Part shown: one piece after another, positions 47,911 to 59,020 of the stretch
Layout: each line of letters starts with the position of its first letter
Numbering within the stretch: the stretch's first letter is position 1
DNA from: Candidatus Omnitrophota bacterium
GTDB taxonomy: Bacteria; Omnitrophota; Gorgyraeia; B26-G9
Assembly (NCBI GenBank): GCA_043805415.1
Contig: JAZDHZ010000037.1
Coordinates: 6,949-70,948, forward strand
Direction: 5' to 3'
Length of the DNA stretch: 64,000 nt
Program-made: the position numbers and the translations under genes
Notes under the pieces: generated by a model
Databases searched by the model: none
Told to the model about the DNA's origin: nothing
What the model saw: the letters and a program-made list of their open reading frames with translations, nothing else

Positions 47911-48936
47911 TTATTTAAGTTTAAAGACCTTTTTAATTCTTTTTAAATCATCATTGCCAAATCTTTCCATAAAAGCATCGGCAATAACAATCGCACTCAT
48001 TGCTTCGCCGATAACACCCGCGGCTTCGACTGCAGAGATATCTGAGCGTTGAATAGAAGCTCGAATTGGTTTTTTAGTTTTAAGATCAACTGTTTTTAAT
48101 GGCTCACCTAAGGTAGCAATCGGTTTCATCCCGCAGCGAGCGATTATTGTCTCGGCATTGCTCATCCCGCCTTCAATGCCGCCGGCATTATTCGTCAGCC
48201 GATAGAAACCTTTTTTCCGGGAATAGGATATCGGATCATGGACTTGAGAGCCCAATTTATTCGCCGCTTCAAAACCAATGCCAAATTCAACTGCTTTAAC
48301 CGCTGGGATGGACATTAGGGCTAAAGCCAGCCGCGCGTCAAGACGGCGGTCATAATGCACATAGCTGCCCAGTCCGGATGGAACATTAACGGCTTGGACT
48401 TCGAAAATACCGCCTAAGGTATCTTTTTTGTTTCTGGCAAAATCAATTTTGGCTTTTATTTTTTTTTCATTTATCTGTCCGCCGACACTAATAACCTTGC
48501 TGGAAAATTTTATTCCAAACTCACTTAGAAATATCTTTGCGATCGCTCCAGCCGCAACCCGGGCAACTGTTTCCCGGGCTGATGCCCGCTCTAAAACACA
48601 ACGGATATCAGAAAACCCATACTTCATTGCTCCGCTTAAATCCGCGTGACCAGGCCGCGGCTCAGTAATGGAAGGCAATTCATTGATTTTAAAATCTTTA
48701 TTTTTTATCATCAAAGCAATCGGACTGCCTAATGTTTTTTTTGCTTTTATGCCGGAGAGTATTTTTACTGTATCTTTTTCAATCTGCATCCTAGCACCGC
48801 GTCCATACCCCTGCTGCCGCCGGAACAGTTCTTGATTAATAATATCCTGATCAATATATAAACCCGCGGGCAGGCCTTCAATAATAGCAATCATACACTC
48901 TCCGTGCGATTCTCCGGCACTCATAAAACGTAACAT
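47911..48936 (-). CDS. aroC: Chorismate synthase
   Basis: AGESHG, RRQ.GYGRG.RM, PRPGHADL, ERASARET and NNAGGIEGGMS. Confidence 0.97.
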   Translation of the reverse strand: MLRFMSAGESHGECMIAIIEGLPAGLYIDQDIINQELFRRQQGYGRGARMQIEKDTVKILSGIKAKKTLGSPIALMIKNKDFKINELPSITEPRPGHADLSGAMKYGFSDIRCVLERASARETVARVAAGAIAKIFLSEFGIKFSSKVISVGGQINEKKIKAKIDFARNKKDTLGGIFEVQAVNVPSGLGSYVHYDRRLDARLALALMSIPAVKAVEFGIGFEAANKLGSQVHDPISYSRKKGFYRLTNNAGGIEGGMSNAETIIARCGMKPIATLGEPLKTVDLKTKKPIRASIQRSDISAVEAAGVIGEAMSAIVIADAFMERFGNDDLKRIKKVFKLK

Positions 48937-48974
48937 AGCCTGCTCCTCTTTGTATTGCCAAACAGTTAAATAAA

Positions 48975-49985
48975 TTAAAAATAAAACAAATATTTTAGGA
49001 TATTATTACCCCACAGAAGCACTAAAAATGTAGCTAATGACAAATACGGACCATAAGGAATAATTTCCGCTCCTTTGGTTAATTTAGCAACAATCCCAAC
49101 TCCCGCTCCAAAAAAAGGAGCAAGAAAAAATATTAGTAATGCCATCTGCCAACCAAGAATTGAACCAATCATGGCCAGAAATTTCACATCTCCTCCGCCC
49201 ATGCTCTCTTTTTTAAAAATAATCTCACCAAAGCGTCCGATAAGATAAATACTTCCGCCTCCGGCTAAAATTCCTAGTCCAGATTGAATTAATGATCCGC
49301 TCCAAGTAGATACGCCATGCAGCTGGGGAAAAATCACAGACAAAACTATTCCGATCAATAATCCGCCTAATGTTATTTCATCGGGAATAATAAAAAAATC
49401 GAAATCAATAAATGTGGATATAATCAAAGCGCAAGTCAATACCCCATAAACAAAAAACTGCACGGATAAGCCGAAGAAACTATATAGGACAACTAAAAGA
49501 CCGGCAGTAATGAACTCAACCATAAAGTAGCGGAAAGAAATGGGTTTTTGACAAAAGCGGCATTTACCTCCTAAGAATAAATAGCTTAAAAGCGGGATAT
49601 TATCATACCAAACAACCTGCTTCTGACAATTAGGACAAAAAGAGCGCTTGGGTTTATCAATCGATAATTCACAGGATTTATCCAGAATTTTAAAAATCCG
49701 GGTTTTGCTATTTTCATATTTGCCTTCTAACTCAAATCCGCTAAACTGCTGGTTTTTTCTCAGCTTTTTAAATTTTCTTTCCACATAACCGTCTTCATCA
49801 ATATAACCGCTCTTAATTAAATCTTCCCAGAGTTTATCCGTATGTTCTTTGCTTCCGGAAATGCTTAAAAACTCATCCGGCACAACTTTTCCTGAACGCG
49901 GCATCCGATAAATACAGACATTGAGAAAACTGCCGATCAAACAGCCAAAAAGAACAATCATACTTTTTATAATTAACTCCGGCAT
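48975..49985 (-). CDS. pilD: Prepilin peptidase PilD/GspO with an insertion of about 75 aa
   Basis: GSFLNVCIYR.P, SFCPNC..W.DNIP..SY..L.GKCR.C, FIDF...IIPD, MGGGDVKF and IPYGPYL. Confidence 0.92.
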   Translation of the reverse strand: MPELIIKSMIVLFGCLIGSFLNVCIYRMPRSGKVVPDEFLSISGSKEHTDKLWEDLIKSGYIDEDGYVERKFKKLRKNQQFSGFELEGKYENSKTRIFKILDKSCELSIDKPKRSFCPNCQKQVVWYDNIPLLSYLFLGGKCRFCQKPISFRYFMVEFITAGLLVVLYSFFGLSVQFFVYGVLTCALIISTFIDFDFFIIPDEITLGGLLIGIVLSVIFPQLHGVSTWSGSLIQSGLGILAGGGSIYLIGRFGEIIFKKESMGGGDVKFLAMIGSILGWQMALLIFFLAPFFGAGVGIVAKLTKGAEIIPYGPYLSLATFLVLLWGNNILKYLFYF

Positions 49986-50866
49986 TTTTCCAGTTCTCCT
50001 TCTAGAGCCTGTCGCATTATATCCACAGGAGCAATATCCCTATCTGCCCAATAATTAAAACCAAGTACTCCTTGGTATAAAAGCATGCCCAGTCCTCCGG
50101 CAGCTTTTAATCCTTTTTGTTTCGCGTCTTTTATCAGCTGGGTTTCTTGATTATAAACAACATCATACACCGCCAGATTATCATGCAATAAATTTTTATC
50201 TATTACCGAACCATCTCCTTGTTTCATGCCCACAGGTGTTGTATTTACCAGCAAAGAACATTCTTTTATTTTTTCAACAATTTCTGTTTTATTAATAAAT
50301 TTCAGTTTATCCCGGACTTTAGGGAAACCGGCATAATGCGTTTCCACTGTCTGCTTATGCTGCTCGCTGATTTCATAAACATATATATCCCGCACTAAAC
50401 CTTGATCTTCCCAGCTTAATCCGGAAATAACCGCTCGGCCGGCTCCGCCGCAGCCAAAAACCAATGCGTCTTTATTTTCTGTTTTTGTAAATCCTAAATC
50501 ATTTTTTAATGCTTTAACAAATCCCGGAGCATCGGTATTAGTCCACCAAATACTGCCGTCATCATTTATTCCCACAGTATTAATCGCGCCAATAAGTTCG
50601 CTGTAATCAGCAAGTTGAGCATAACTATTTTTAAAAATCTGCTCAAGGATTTTTTTCGCGGCTACTTTATGCGGAATTGTAATATTAAAACCAGACAGAT
50701 CAGTTCTCGATAGCAAAAAATCTTCCAAATCATCAGGCTTAATCTCAAATAATGCGTATGAAGCATTTATGCCCAAATGAGAAAAAGCGGCATTATGCAT
50801 TGCCGCTGAAAAACTATGTTTTACCGGATAACCGATCAGTCCGTAAATTTTCTGTTTACTTATCAT
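49973..50866 (-). CDS. aroE: Shikimate dehydrogenase
   Basis: GLIGYPVKHS.S..MHN, GFNITIPHK, GAINT, NTD..G, G.GGAGRA and GLGMLLYQG. Confidence 0.95.
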   Translation of the reverse strand: MISKQKIYGLIGYPVKHSFSAAMHNAAFSHLGINASYALFEIKPDDLEDFLLSRTDLSGFNITIPHKVAAKKILEQIFKNSYAQLADYSELIGAINTVGINDDGSIWWTNTDAPGFVKALKNDLGFTKTENKDALVFGCGGAGRAVISGLSWEDQGLVRDIYVYEISEQHKQTVETHYAGFPKVRDKLKFINKTEIVEKIKECSLLVNTTPVGMKQGDGSVIDKNLLHDNLAVYDVVYNQETQLIKDAKQKGLKAAGGLGMLLYQGVLGFNYWADRDIAPVDIMRQALEGELEKCRS

Positions 50867-50979
50867 TATTTACTCTCTTTACGACGCAGTCACGGGCTTA
50901 GTGAAAAGATATATTTTGCTCCGATCGTCTACGCTGTTTTTAATCTCTTCACTTCGCTCTACATTTGAGCTTTTACGCA

Positions 50980-52515
50980 TTACAAATGTATCTTCTTAGA
51001 CTTTTCTTTTTTAAATAAAACCCTGTTAACAGCATTAAGATAGGCTTTGGCCGATGCTTCAATGATATCAGTACTCGCGCCTCTGCCGGAAATTTCTTCC
51101 TTATTAATCAAAAGCTTTACACTAACCTCACCCAAAGCATCTTTGCCGCGAGTAACAGCCTGAATTGAATAGTCAAGCAATCCGGCTTTAAGCTTGATTA
51201 TTTTTTCAATCGCTTTATAACACGCGTCAACCGGCCCATCACCCTCTGACGATGCTTCAAAAATATCTTTCTTGTTTTTTAATTTAATTGTAGCTCTGGG
51301 CTGAACATTTATCCCGCCAAAAAACTCAAGCGCTTCTAAGCTCCATACCTGCGGAAGATCTTTTGTCTGCTCTTCTACGATAGAAATCAGATCTTCTTCA
51401 AACACTTCCTTTTTCTTATCAGCAAGTTCTTTGAACCGATTGAAGGCCAGATCAAGCTGTTTTTTATTCAGTTTAAAGCCTATGCGCTCAAGCCGATCAG
51501 ACAAAGCATGCCGTCCGGAATGTTTTCCCATCACCAGGCCTTCTCCGTAAAAACCTACAGTCTCAGGGCTGATAATCTCATAAGTCTGGCGTTTTTTAAG
51601 CACCCCGTCTTGATGAATCCCGGATTCATGGCGAAAAGCATTACCGCCAACAATTGCCTTATTCGGAGCAACTACAAAACCAGTAAGCTTACTAACCAGC
51701 CTGCTGGTTTTATAAATCTCTTTTGTTTTAATATCGCAATACATATCTTTAAAATGATCTTTTCGCGTGATCAGGCTCAGGACAATTTCTTCCAGCGCGG
51801 CATTGCCCGCGCGCTCACCTATGCCGTTAACCGTGCATTCAATTTGCCCGGCCCCGTTTTTAATTGCCGCCAGGGAATTTGCCACTGCCAATCCCAGGTC
51901 ATTATGACAATGAACCGCGATAATCGCTTTATTGATATTCGGCACATTATTGCGAATAGCATTGATCAACTGCCCGAATTCTTCCGGCTGGGCAAAGCCG
52001 ACTGTATCCGGGATATTCACTGTTGTTGCGCCGGCTTTAATAACTTTTTCAATAACCCGAAAGAGAAATTCCCGCTCAGTGCGCGACGCGTCTTCCGGTG
52101 AGAACTGAACATCATCAGTAAATTTGCCGGCATACTTAACCGCTGCTTCGGCAATCTTCAATATTTCACTTTCCGCTTTTTTCAGCTTATATTTCATATG
52201 GATCTTTGACGTAGCCAAAAAAACATGAATCCGTTTTCGCTTGGCCGGCTTAAGCGCCAAGGCCGCGGCTTCAATATCTTTATTTAATGATCTTGCCAAG
52301 CCGCAAATCGTTGCTCCTTTTACCTGCCGGGCAATTTGGTAAACACTATTAAAATCACCCGGAGAGGAAATCGGAAAACCTGCTTCAATAATATCAACGC
52401 CTAAACGAACAAGCTGCTGAGCAACTTCTAGTTTCTCCTGATCAGTCAGACTAGCACCCGGAGCTTGTTCCCCGTCTCTTAGCGTTGTATCAAATATCTT
52501 TATCTTCTTTTCCAT
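50980..52515 (-). CDS. leuA: 2-isopropylmalate synthase
   Basis: [34 protein letters not shown] and the regulatory GDGPVDA. Start reassigned to ATG 52515. Confidence 0.96.
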   Translation of the reverse strand: MEKKIKIFDTTLRDGEQAPGASLTDQEKLEVAQQLVRLGVDIIEAGFPISSPGDFNSVYQIARQVKGATICGLARSLNKDIEAAALALKPAKRKRIHVFLATSKIHMKYKLKKAESEILKIAEAAVKYAGKFTDDVQFSPEDASRTEREFLFRVIEKVIKAGATTVNIPDTVGFAQPEEFGQLINAIRNNVPNINKAIIAVHCHNDLGLAVANSLAAIKNGAGQIECTVNGIGERAGNAALEEIVLSLITRKDHFKDMYCDIKTKEIYKTSRLVSKLTGFVVAPNKAIVGGNAFRHESGIHQDGVLKKRQTYEIISPETVGFYGEGLVMGKHSGRHALSDRLERIGFKLNKKQLDLAFNRFKELADKKKEVFEEDLISIVEEQTKDLPQVWSLEALEFFGGINVQPRATIKLKNKKDIFEASSEGDGPVDACYKAIEKIIKLKAGLLDYSIQAVTRGKDALGEVSVKLLINKEEISGRGASTDIIEASAKAYLNAVNRVLFKKEKSKKIHL

Positions 52516-52555
52516 TTTATTTCTCCGTATCTCTATATAGCCATAAAAAGTCTTT

Positions 52556-53557
52556 TTAGACTTCTTTAGCATCTATCCATTTCATCATTTTCCTTAGTTT
52601 ACGTCCCACAACTTCAATTGGATGATTTTTTTCTTCTTCTTCCATCCGCTTAAAGTTCTTTTTTCCTGTTTTGCATTCATTGATCCATTCTTTGGCAAAA
52701 CTACCGTCTTGGATTTCAGTCAGGATCTTTTTCATCTCTTTTTTTGTCTGATCATTGACAATTCTTTTACCGCGGGTCAAATCTCCATACTCAGCAGTAT
52801 TCGAAACAGAGTAGCGCATATAATCTATCCCGCCTTGATAAAAAAGATCCACAATTAATTTAAGCTCATGCAGGCATTCAAAATAAGCAATCTCCGGCTG
52901 ATATCCGGCTTCAACTAAAGTTTCAAACCCTTTTTTAACCAGCTCTGACGCGCCGCCGCATAAAACCACCTGTTCGCCGAAAAGATCTGTCTCAGTTTCT
53001 TCTTTAAATGTTGTTTCAATAATCCCGCCGCGAGTTCCGCCGACCCCTTTACCATAAGCTAAAGCAATATCTTTTGCTTTGCCAGTTGCATCCTGGTAAA
53101 TAGCGATCAAGCAAGGCACTCCGCCGCCTTTTTCATATTCACTGCGCACTAAATGTCCTGGACCTTTTGGGGCAATCATAAACACATCAATATCTTTACC
53201 TGGAACAATATGCTTAAAATGAATATTAAATCCATGCGAAAACATAATTGCTTTGCCTGGTGTTAAATTTGGCTTAATATCTTTTGTATACAGCTCTCCC
53301 TGATATTCATCCGGAACTAAGATCTGAATAATATCCGCTTTTTTTGTCAGCTCAGCCGCGCTCATTGGCTCAAACCCATGCTTTTTAGCTAACGCATAGT
53401 TTGCGGTTCCCACAACCTCTGAAACAATAACTTTTAATCCGGAATCTCTTAAATTCTGAGCCTGGGCATGCCCTTGACTGCCGTACCCGATAATCCCGAT
53501 AGTTTTACCCGCAAGTATTTTTAAATCCGCGTCATCATCATAATACATCTTTACCAT
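52556..53557 (-). CDS. ilvC: Ketol-acid reductoisomerase
   Basis: [37 protein letters not shown] and SNTAEYG. Confidence 0.97.
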   Translation of the reverse strand: MVKMYYDDDADLKILAGKTIGIIGYGSQGHAQAQNLRDSGLKVIVSEVVGTANYALAKKHGFEPMSAAELTKKADIIQILVPDEYQGELYTKDIKPNLTPGKAIMFSHGFNIHFKHIVPGKDIDVFMIAPKGPGHLVRSEYEKGGGVPCLIAIYQDATGKAKDIALAYGKGVGGTRGGIIETTFKEETETDLFGEQVVLCGGASELVKKGFETLVEAGYQPEIAYFECLHELKLIVDLFYQGGIDYMRYSVSNTAEYGDLTRGKRIVNDQTKKEMKKILTEIQDGSFAKEWINECKTGKKNFKRMEEEEKNHPIEVVGRKLRKMMKWIDAKEV

Positions 53558-53572
53558 AATAATCTTCCTTTC

Positions 53573-54649
53573 CTACCTGTGTTTATTGTTATGTTTCTGA
53601 ATTAATGAATTTAATTCCTGTTCATCCGCAGTTTGTTTTAAAGCTTCGCCAAAAGTTATTTTATTACTGATAACTAAATCGCACAATGCCTGATTCATTG
53701 TATTCATCCCAAAACGTCTGCCGGTTTGAATCAAAGAATATATCTGATGCACCTGATTTTCCCTAATCAGATTCTGGATTCCCGGAATCATGGTCATAAT
53801 CTCCATTGCCAAAGACCGGCCTTCATCCTCAGCATGGGGAATTAATCTCTGCACAAGCACACCCACCAAAACCAAGGAAAGCTGCACGCGGATTTGCTGC
53901 TGCTGATGCGCTGGGAACACATCGACAATCCGGGTAATTGAATTAACCGCGCTGCTTGTATGCAATGTGGCAAAAACCAAATGTCCTGTTTCCGCTAAGG
54001 TTAAAGCTGCCTGGATAGTTTCCAAATCCCGCATCTCGCCAATAACCACAATATCCGGATCCTGACGCAGTACATGTTTTAAAGCTTCAGCAAAGGAAAG
54101 CGTATCTGTACCCAGCTGCCTTTGGTTAATCGTACAAAGCTGATGTTTGTGTAAATACTCTATCGGATCCTCTACAGAGATTATATGCGCTCTGCGGCGT
54201 TTATTTATATAATCAATAATCGCTGCTTGAGTTGTTGATTTTCCACTGCCGGTTGCTCCTGTGATCAAGACCAGACCATTCGGCTTATCCGCGTATTCCT
54301 TTACGATTTCCGGCAGTCCCAATTGTTCAATTGTGGGAATAATAAAAGGAATAACCCGAGCTGCCATAGCAATAGAACCGCGCTGATAATAAAGATTGAT
54401 TCTAAACCGGCTGACACCTTCCAGTCCGCAGGAAAAATCAAGCTCTTTTTTCTGTTCAAACCAGGATATCTGATCATTGTTCAATAAACTATATGCCAGT
54501 TTTTTCAGCGATTCCGGATCTAAAGGATCGCTGTTTGTATAAGTTAAATGTCCGCCAATGCGCAGCTGCGGCGGAATGCCTACCGTAAGATGCAAATCCG
54601 ATGCGCCTCTATCCACAATCATTTTGAGCAACTGCTCCATTGTGAGCAT
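53573..54649 (-). CDS. pilT: Type IV pilus retraction ATPase PilT
   Basis: ASDLHL, RFRIN, G.TGSGKSTT, EDPIE, LRQDPD, GEMRD, AETGHLV.ATLHT and IQNLIRE (AIRNLIRE-like). Confidence 0.93.
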   Translation of the reverse strand: MLTMEQLLKMIVDRGASDLHLTVGIPPQLRIGGHLTYTNSDPLDPESLKKLAYSLLNNDQISWFEQKKELDFSCGLEGVSRFRINLYYQRGSIAMAARVIPFIIPTIEQLGLPEIVKEYADKPNGLVLITGATGSGKSTTQAAIIDYINKRRRAHIISVEDPIEYLHKHQLCTINQRQLGTDTLSFAEALKHVLRQDPDIVVIGEMRDLETIQAALTLAETGHLVFATLHTSSAVNSITRIVDVFPAHQQQQIRVQLSLVLVGVLVQRLIPHAEDEGRSLAMEIMTMIPGIQNLIRENQVHQIYSLIQTGRRFGMNTMNQALCDLVISNKITFGEALKQTADEQELNSLIQKHNNKHR

Positions 54650-54689
54650 AACTATACTCCCTTTACAATAAATTGTTAGTTCTTAAATT

Positions 54690-55163
54690 CTACTGGGCAA
54701 TAGCAATTCTTCCGGTTCTAACCAGCTCTTCAATCCCCATCGGCTGCAGGCAATCAAGCAAATCAATTATCTGTTTTTTCTCACCAACAGCTTCTATCAC
54801 CGCTGCTTTTGGATCATAAGATAAAATTGTTGCCGGAAATTTTTTAAGTAAATTTACCAGTGTCTGCTTGGATATTTTAGCTGTTTTTATTTTAACTAGA
54901 ATTAATTCTCTTTCAAAAAATTTCTTTTTTGTAAGATCGGTTACTGATATTACATCTATAAGTTTGTCTAACTGTTTTTTAATCTGATCCAAAATTTTCT
55001 CTTCTTTAGCATCAACAACCAAACTAACTCTCGACATAGTCGGATCATGAGTTTCTCCCACTGCCAATGAATCAATATTAAAACCCCGCGCGCTAAACAG
55101 ACCGGAAATTCGGGCCAAAACTCCGGGTTTATTTTCGACTAATGCGTAAATTATATGTTTCAT
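54690..55163 (-). CDS. ilvN: Acetolactate synthase small subunit
   Basis: VENKPGVLARISGLFSARGFNIDSL, QI.KQL.KLIDV and ELVRTG. Confidence 0.95.
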   Translation of the reverse strand: MKHIIYALVENKPGVLARISGLFSARGFNIDSLAVGETHDPTMSRVSLVVDAKEEKILDQIKKQLDKLIDVISVTDLTKKKFFERELILVKIKTAKISKQTLVNLLKKFPATILSYDPKAAVIEAVGEKKQIIDLLDCLQPMGIEELVRTGRIAIAQ

Positions 55164-55182
55164 TCTTAACTCCTCTTTTTAT

Positions 55183-55237
55183 CAGAAGACAGATCACAGA
55201 TAACTAATTTCTAAATGCTATCCGCTAATCGCTATTT
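55183..55237. repeat. Degenerate heptamer arrays
   Basis: CAGAAGA CAGATCA CAGATAA, then TGCTATC CGCTAAT CGCTATT. Confidence 0.55.
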
Positions 55238-55261
55238 TCTGGTTTTTGGCTTACACCCTAT

Positions 55262-55399
55262 GTCGCGGTCTAGAATCAATCATTTTGGCTCATTCTCGTC
55301 CCGCATCCTGCGGGACTGCGAGGATAAATCTCTGATTTTGCCAGTCCTAGCAAAATCAGGCTTTAAACCCGCCAAAATAATTATTCTAGCCCTTGTGAC
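55262..55399. repeat. Structured intergenic element (long basal stem plus two internal hairpins), MITE- or ncRNA-like
   Basis: Basal stem CTAGAAT-CAATC-ATTTTGGC...GCCAAAAT-AATT-ATTCTAG. Hairpins TCCCGCA-TCC-TGCGGGA and CTGATTTTGC...GCAAAATCAG. Confidence 0.7.
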
Positions 55400-55401
55400 T
55401 A

Positions 55402-55544
55402 ATAGCTTATGGCCAATGGCTTATAGTTTCTACTCTGTAAACTTTATAACTTCTTTAGGTTTTTGCTTTTACTATGAGCCATGAGCTATCAGCCATTAAC
55501 TATCCTGCTTTTCCTAACCGCTAATCGCTATTCGCTACACGCTG
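55402..55544. repeat. Inverted heptamer arrays plus a CGCTA-type heptamer array
   Basis: ATAGCTTATGGCCAATGGCTTATAGT ... ACTATGAGCCATGAGCTATCAGCCATTAACTATC, then CGCTAAT CGCTATT CGCTACA CGCT. Confidence 0.6.
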
Positions 55545-55547
55545 CTT

Positions 55548-57218
55548 TTAAGCCATTCCCCCGATCATCCGGTCTATTGCTTCACCCGCAGGGACCATGG
55601 GAAAAACGTTTTCTTCTGGTTCAACTACAAAATCAATTAATACTACATTAGGAATAGCAATTGCTTGTTTTATGGCATTAGCAACCTCGGCTTTTTTCTT
55701 AACCCGAATCCCGGCAGCTCCATAACTTTCCGCTAATTTAACAAAATCCGGTCCGGAGATTGTTGTATTCGCGTATCTTCGGTTATAAAAAAGCTCTTGC
55801 CACTGTCTAACCATACCTAAATAACCATTGTTTAATATCGCGATTTTAACATTAACCTTATTGGCCACAGCAGTCGCCAACTCTTGGATATTCATTTGAA
55901 TTGAACCATCGCCGGCAATATCAAAAACTACTTTATCCGGTCTGCCTAATTTAGCTCCGATTGCCGCGGGAAAACCATAGCCCATGGTTCCCAATCCGCC
56001 GGATGAAATCCAGGTACGCGGTTTTGTATACTGATAATATTGGGCTGCCCACATTTGGTTCTGTCCGACTTCTGTACAAATAATCGCGTCACCTTTAGTT
56101 ATCTTATAGATCTGCTCTACAACATACTGCGGTCTTATTGTCTGGCCAGATGTTTTATACTGCAAAGGAGCTTTTATTTTCCAAGCTTGAATTTTTTTAA
56201 GCCAAGCATCTGTCTGCAATCTTTTAACAATTTTGTTTAAAGCCTGTAAGCCTTGCTTCGCGTCACAAATAACCGGAACATCTACCCGGATATTCTTGCT
56301 GATCGCGGTTGGATCAATATCAATATGAATTACTTTCGCGTCCGGAGCAAATTTATCAATACGTCCGGTTACCCGATCATCAAAACGCGCGCCAATAGCG
56401 ATAATTAGATCGCTTTCCATAATCGAATGATTCGCGTAAGCTGTTCCATGCATCCCGAGCATGCCCAGGGAAAGCGGATTATTTTCCGGAAAACCGCCCA
56501 GACCCATTAAAGTTGTTGTTACCGGAGCATTGATCTTTACCGCGAATTCAAGCAGCTCATCATGCGCCCCGGCGATTATTATTCCTCCGCCGGCATAAAT
56601 TACCGGTTTTTTGCTTTTTTCAATCAACTTTGCCGCTTTTTTTATCTGATCCATGGGCAAGGCTATGTCCGGATTATATGAACGCATTTTAATTGTTTCC
56701 GGATAATTAAATTCAATTACTTGTTTTTGAATATCCACCGGAACATCAACAACTACCGGGCCGGGTCTGCCGGTTGCCGCGATATAAAAAGCTTCTTTAA
56801 TCGTACTCGCAAGTTCTGAAATATCCTTAACCAGATAATTATGTTTTGTGATTGATCGGGTTATGCCGGTGATATCCGCTTCCTGAAAAGCATCATTTCC
56901 AATCAGCGCGCTATTAACCTGTCCGGTTATCGCCACCATGGGAATAGAATCCATATGCGCTGTAGCCAGACCAGTAACCAGATTTGTCGCTCCTGGTCCT
57001 GAGGTAGCCATGCAAACACCTACCTTGCCGGTTGCCCGGGCATATCCATCCGCGGCATGCGCAGCAGCCTGTTCATGGCGAACAAGAATAAAATCAATCG
57101 GAGCATCATAAAGCGCGTCAGTAAGCGGTAAAACTGATCCGCCGGGATAGCCGAATAATACCCGTACTCCTTCTTTTAACAGTGACTCAACAATAATCTC
57201 CGCGCCTGTTTTTTTCAT
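55548..57218 (-). CDS. ilvB: Acetolactate synthase large subunit
   Basis: [45 protein letters not shown] and GDGS.QMN. Confidence 0.97.
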   Translation of the reverse strand: MKKTGAEIIVESLLKEGVRVLFGYPGGSVLPLTDALYDAPIDFILVRHEQAAAHAADGYARATGKVGVCMATSGPGATNLVTGLATAHMDSIPMVAITGQVNSALIGNDAFQEADITGITRSITKHNYLVKDISELASTIKEAFYIAATGRPGPVVVDVPVDIQKQVIEFNYPETIKMRSYNPDIALPMDQIKKAAKLIEKSKKPVIYAGGGIIIAGAHDELLEFAVKINAPVTTTLMGLGGFPENNPLSLGMLGMHGTAYANHSIMESDLIIAIGARFDDRVTGRIDKFAPDAKVIHIDIDPTAISKNIRVDVPVICDAKQGLQALNKIVKRLQTDAWLKKIQAWKIKAPLQYKTSGQTIRPQYVVEQIYKITKGDAIICTEVGQNQMWAAQYYQYTKPRTWISSGGLGTMGYGFPAAIGAKLGRPDKVVFDIAGDGSIQMNIQELATAVANKVNVKIAILNNGYLGMVRQWQELFYNRRYANTTISGPDFVKLAESYGAAGIRVKKKAEVANAIKQAIAIPNVVLIDFVVEPEENVFPMVPAGEAIDRMIGGMA

Positions 57219-57244
57219 AATATTTCCTCTTTACTTTTTTATTA

Positions 57245-58906
57245 TCATTCAATATCTAAAACCGCGCCTTTGCTTGCCGAGCTTACCATTTTGGCATAGC
57301 GCTTAAGCCATCCAGTATTCACTTTCGGTGCTGGATGTTTTACACTGCGCAGTCTTGTTTCTATTTCCTGATCAGTTAAATTTAAATGTAATTTTCTGTT
57401 TTTAATATCAATGATTATTTCATCATTATTTTTTATTGCGGCAATCGGACCATTCGCCGCTGCTTCTGGAGAAATATGTCCAATGCAAGGCCCCCGGGTT
57501 CCGCCGGAAAATCTGCCGTCAGTTATTAAAGCAACATCATCAGCCATGCCCATTCCCACAATTGCCGCAGTCGGCGCTAGCATTTCCCGCATACCCGGAC
57601 CGCCGCGCGGACCTTCATAACGCACCACTAAAACAGTGCCTTTTTTCACTTTAGCGGATAAGATATCTTTCATTACCGCTTCTTCGCTATTATATACCCG
57701 GGCCTTACCTTTAAAGTACATCATTTTCTCACTGACAGCGGACTGCTTTACAACCGCGCCCTCTGGGGCTAAGTTGCCAAACAGTACTGCTATCCCTCCT
57801 TCTTTATGATACGCTTTATTCAGCGGCCGGACAATTTCTTCACTAAATATTTCAGAATAATTTGCTAGTTTCTTCACATTTGTCCCGCTAACAGTCGGAT
57901 TATCATTTAATTTATCTTTAAGCCTGCGCATTACTGCCGGAACTCCGCCGGCATATTCAAGATCTTCCATAAAATACTCCCCGCCTGGACGCAAATCAGT
58001 AATGTGTGGAGTTTTTTTGCTTATTTTGTCAAATTTTTCTAAAGGGATGTTTATCCCGCATTCATGGGCAATTGCCAAAAGATGCAAAACAGTATTGCTT
58101 GAGCCGCCCAAAGCCATATCCACCATAATCGCGTTTTCCAATGATTTTTCATTCATGATCATATTCGGAGTAATATTCTCTTCCACTAATTTAACAATCC
58201 GCTCCCCGGTTGCCTGAGCAATCCGCTTTTTCTTGGCCATGCCGGCTAAACCAGTACCGCAGCCAGGTAAAGACATGCCCATTGCTTCAGTAAGACAAGC
58301 CATGGTATTGGCAGTATATAATCCCTGACACGAACCCTGGCCAGGACAAGCTTCCATTTCCAGACAAGAAAGCTCTTGATTAGTCATCTCGCCTCTTTTA
58401 GTTAAAGACAATGCTTCAAAAGTATCCCGGACAAAAGACAAACGTTTCATTCCCAGCCTGCCGGAAAGCATTGGTCCGGCAGTAAGCACAATCGCCGGAA
58501 TATTTAAACGCGCTATTGCCATCAACATCCCTGGAGTAATTTTGTCACAATTAGTAATACAAACAAGTCCATCCGCGCAATGCGCTTTGATTACAGATTC
58601 CACGGAATCAGCAATCAATTCCCGCGAAGCAAGCGGATAATGCATGCCTTCATGGCCCATGGCAATTCCATCGCATATACCGGGAAGTCCAAAGAAAAAA
58701 GGCACTCCGCCTTGACTGACTATGCCGCGTTCGACAAATCTCTCTAAATCGCGCATGCCAACATGTCCGGGAATAAAATCATTGAATGAACTTGCCACGG
58801 CAATAAAAGGCTTGCTCAGATCTTTTCGGGAAATACCAGTGCCAAACAACAAAGCTCTGTGCGGCGCGCGTTCTAATCCTTTTTTAATTTTGTCACTGCG
58901 TAACAT
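57245..58906 (-). CDS. ilvD: Dihydroxy-acid dehydratase
   Basis: [50 protein letters not shown] and TDGRFSG. Confidence 0.97.
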   Translation of the reverse strand: MLRSDKIKKGLERAPHRALLFGTGISRKDLSKPFIAVASSFNDFIPGHVGMRDLERFVERGIVSQGGVPFFFGLPGICDGIAMGHEGMHYPLASRELIADSVESVIKAHCADGLVCITNCDKITPGMLMAIARLNIPAIVLTAGPMLSGRLGMKRLSFVRDTFEALSLTKRGEMTNQELSCLEMEACPGQGSCQGLYTANTMACLTEAMGMSLPGCGTGLAGMAKKKRIAQATGERIVKLVEENITPNMIMNEKSLENAIMVDMALGGSSNTVLHLLAIAHECGINIPLEKFDKISKKTPHITDLRPGGEYFMEDLEYAGGVPAVMRRLKDKLNDNPTVSGTNVKKLANYSEIFSEEIVRPLNKAYHKEGGIAVLFGNLAPEGAVVKQSAVSEKMMYFKGKARVYNSEEAVMKDILSAKVKKGTVLVVRYEGPRGGPGMREMLAPTAAIVGMGMADDVALITDGRFSGGTRGPCIGHISPEAAANGPIAAIKNNDEIIIDIKNRKLHLNLTDQEIETRLRSVKHPAPKVNTGWLKRYAKMVSSASKGAVLDIE

Positions 58907-58964
58907 CTTCTCACCTCAATTTTATAAAGCATTTAAACCAATCTGAACTCTTTACTGAGAACAA

Positions 58965-58988
58965 AGAAGACAGAATAATCTGTCTTCT
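58965..58988. terminator. Perfect hairpin at the end of the pilin/fibre unit
   Basis: AGAAGACAGA-ataa-TCTGTCTTCT, with a T run on the + side and TTGTT on the - side. Confidence 0.55.
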
Positions 58989-59020
58989 GCTTTTTTTTAC
59001 ATTAGAATTGAACTCTTTTT

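Noticed and set aside
55215-55484. 89-aa plus-strand ORF in the ilvB-ilvN gap
   Set aside because: It runs across hairpins and heptamer repeats against the operon direction, has no SD and has no protein-like motif.
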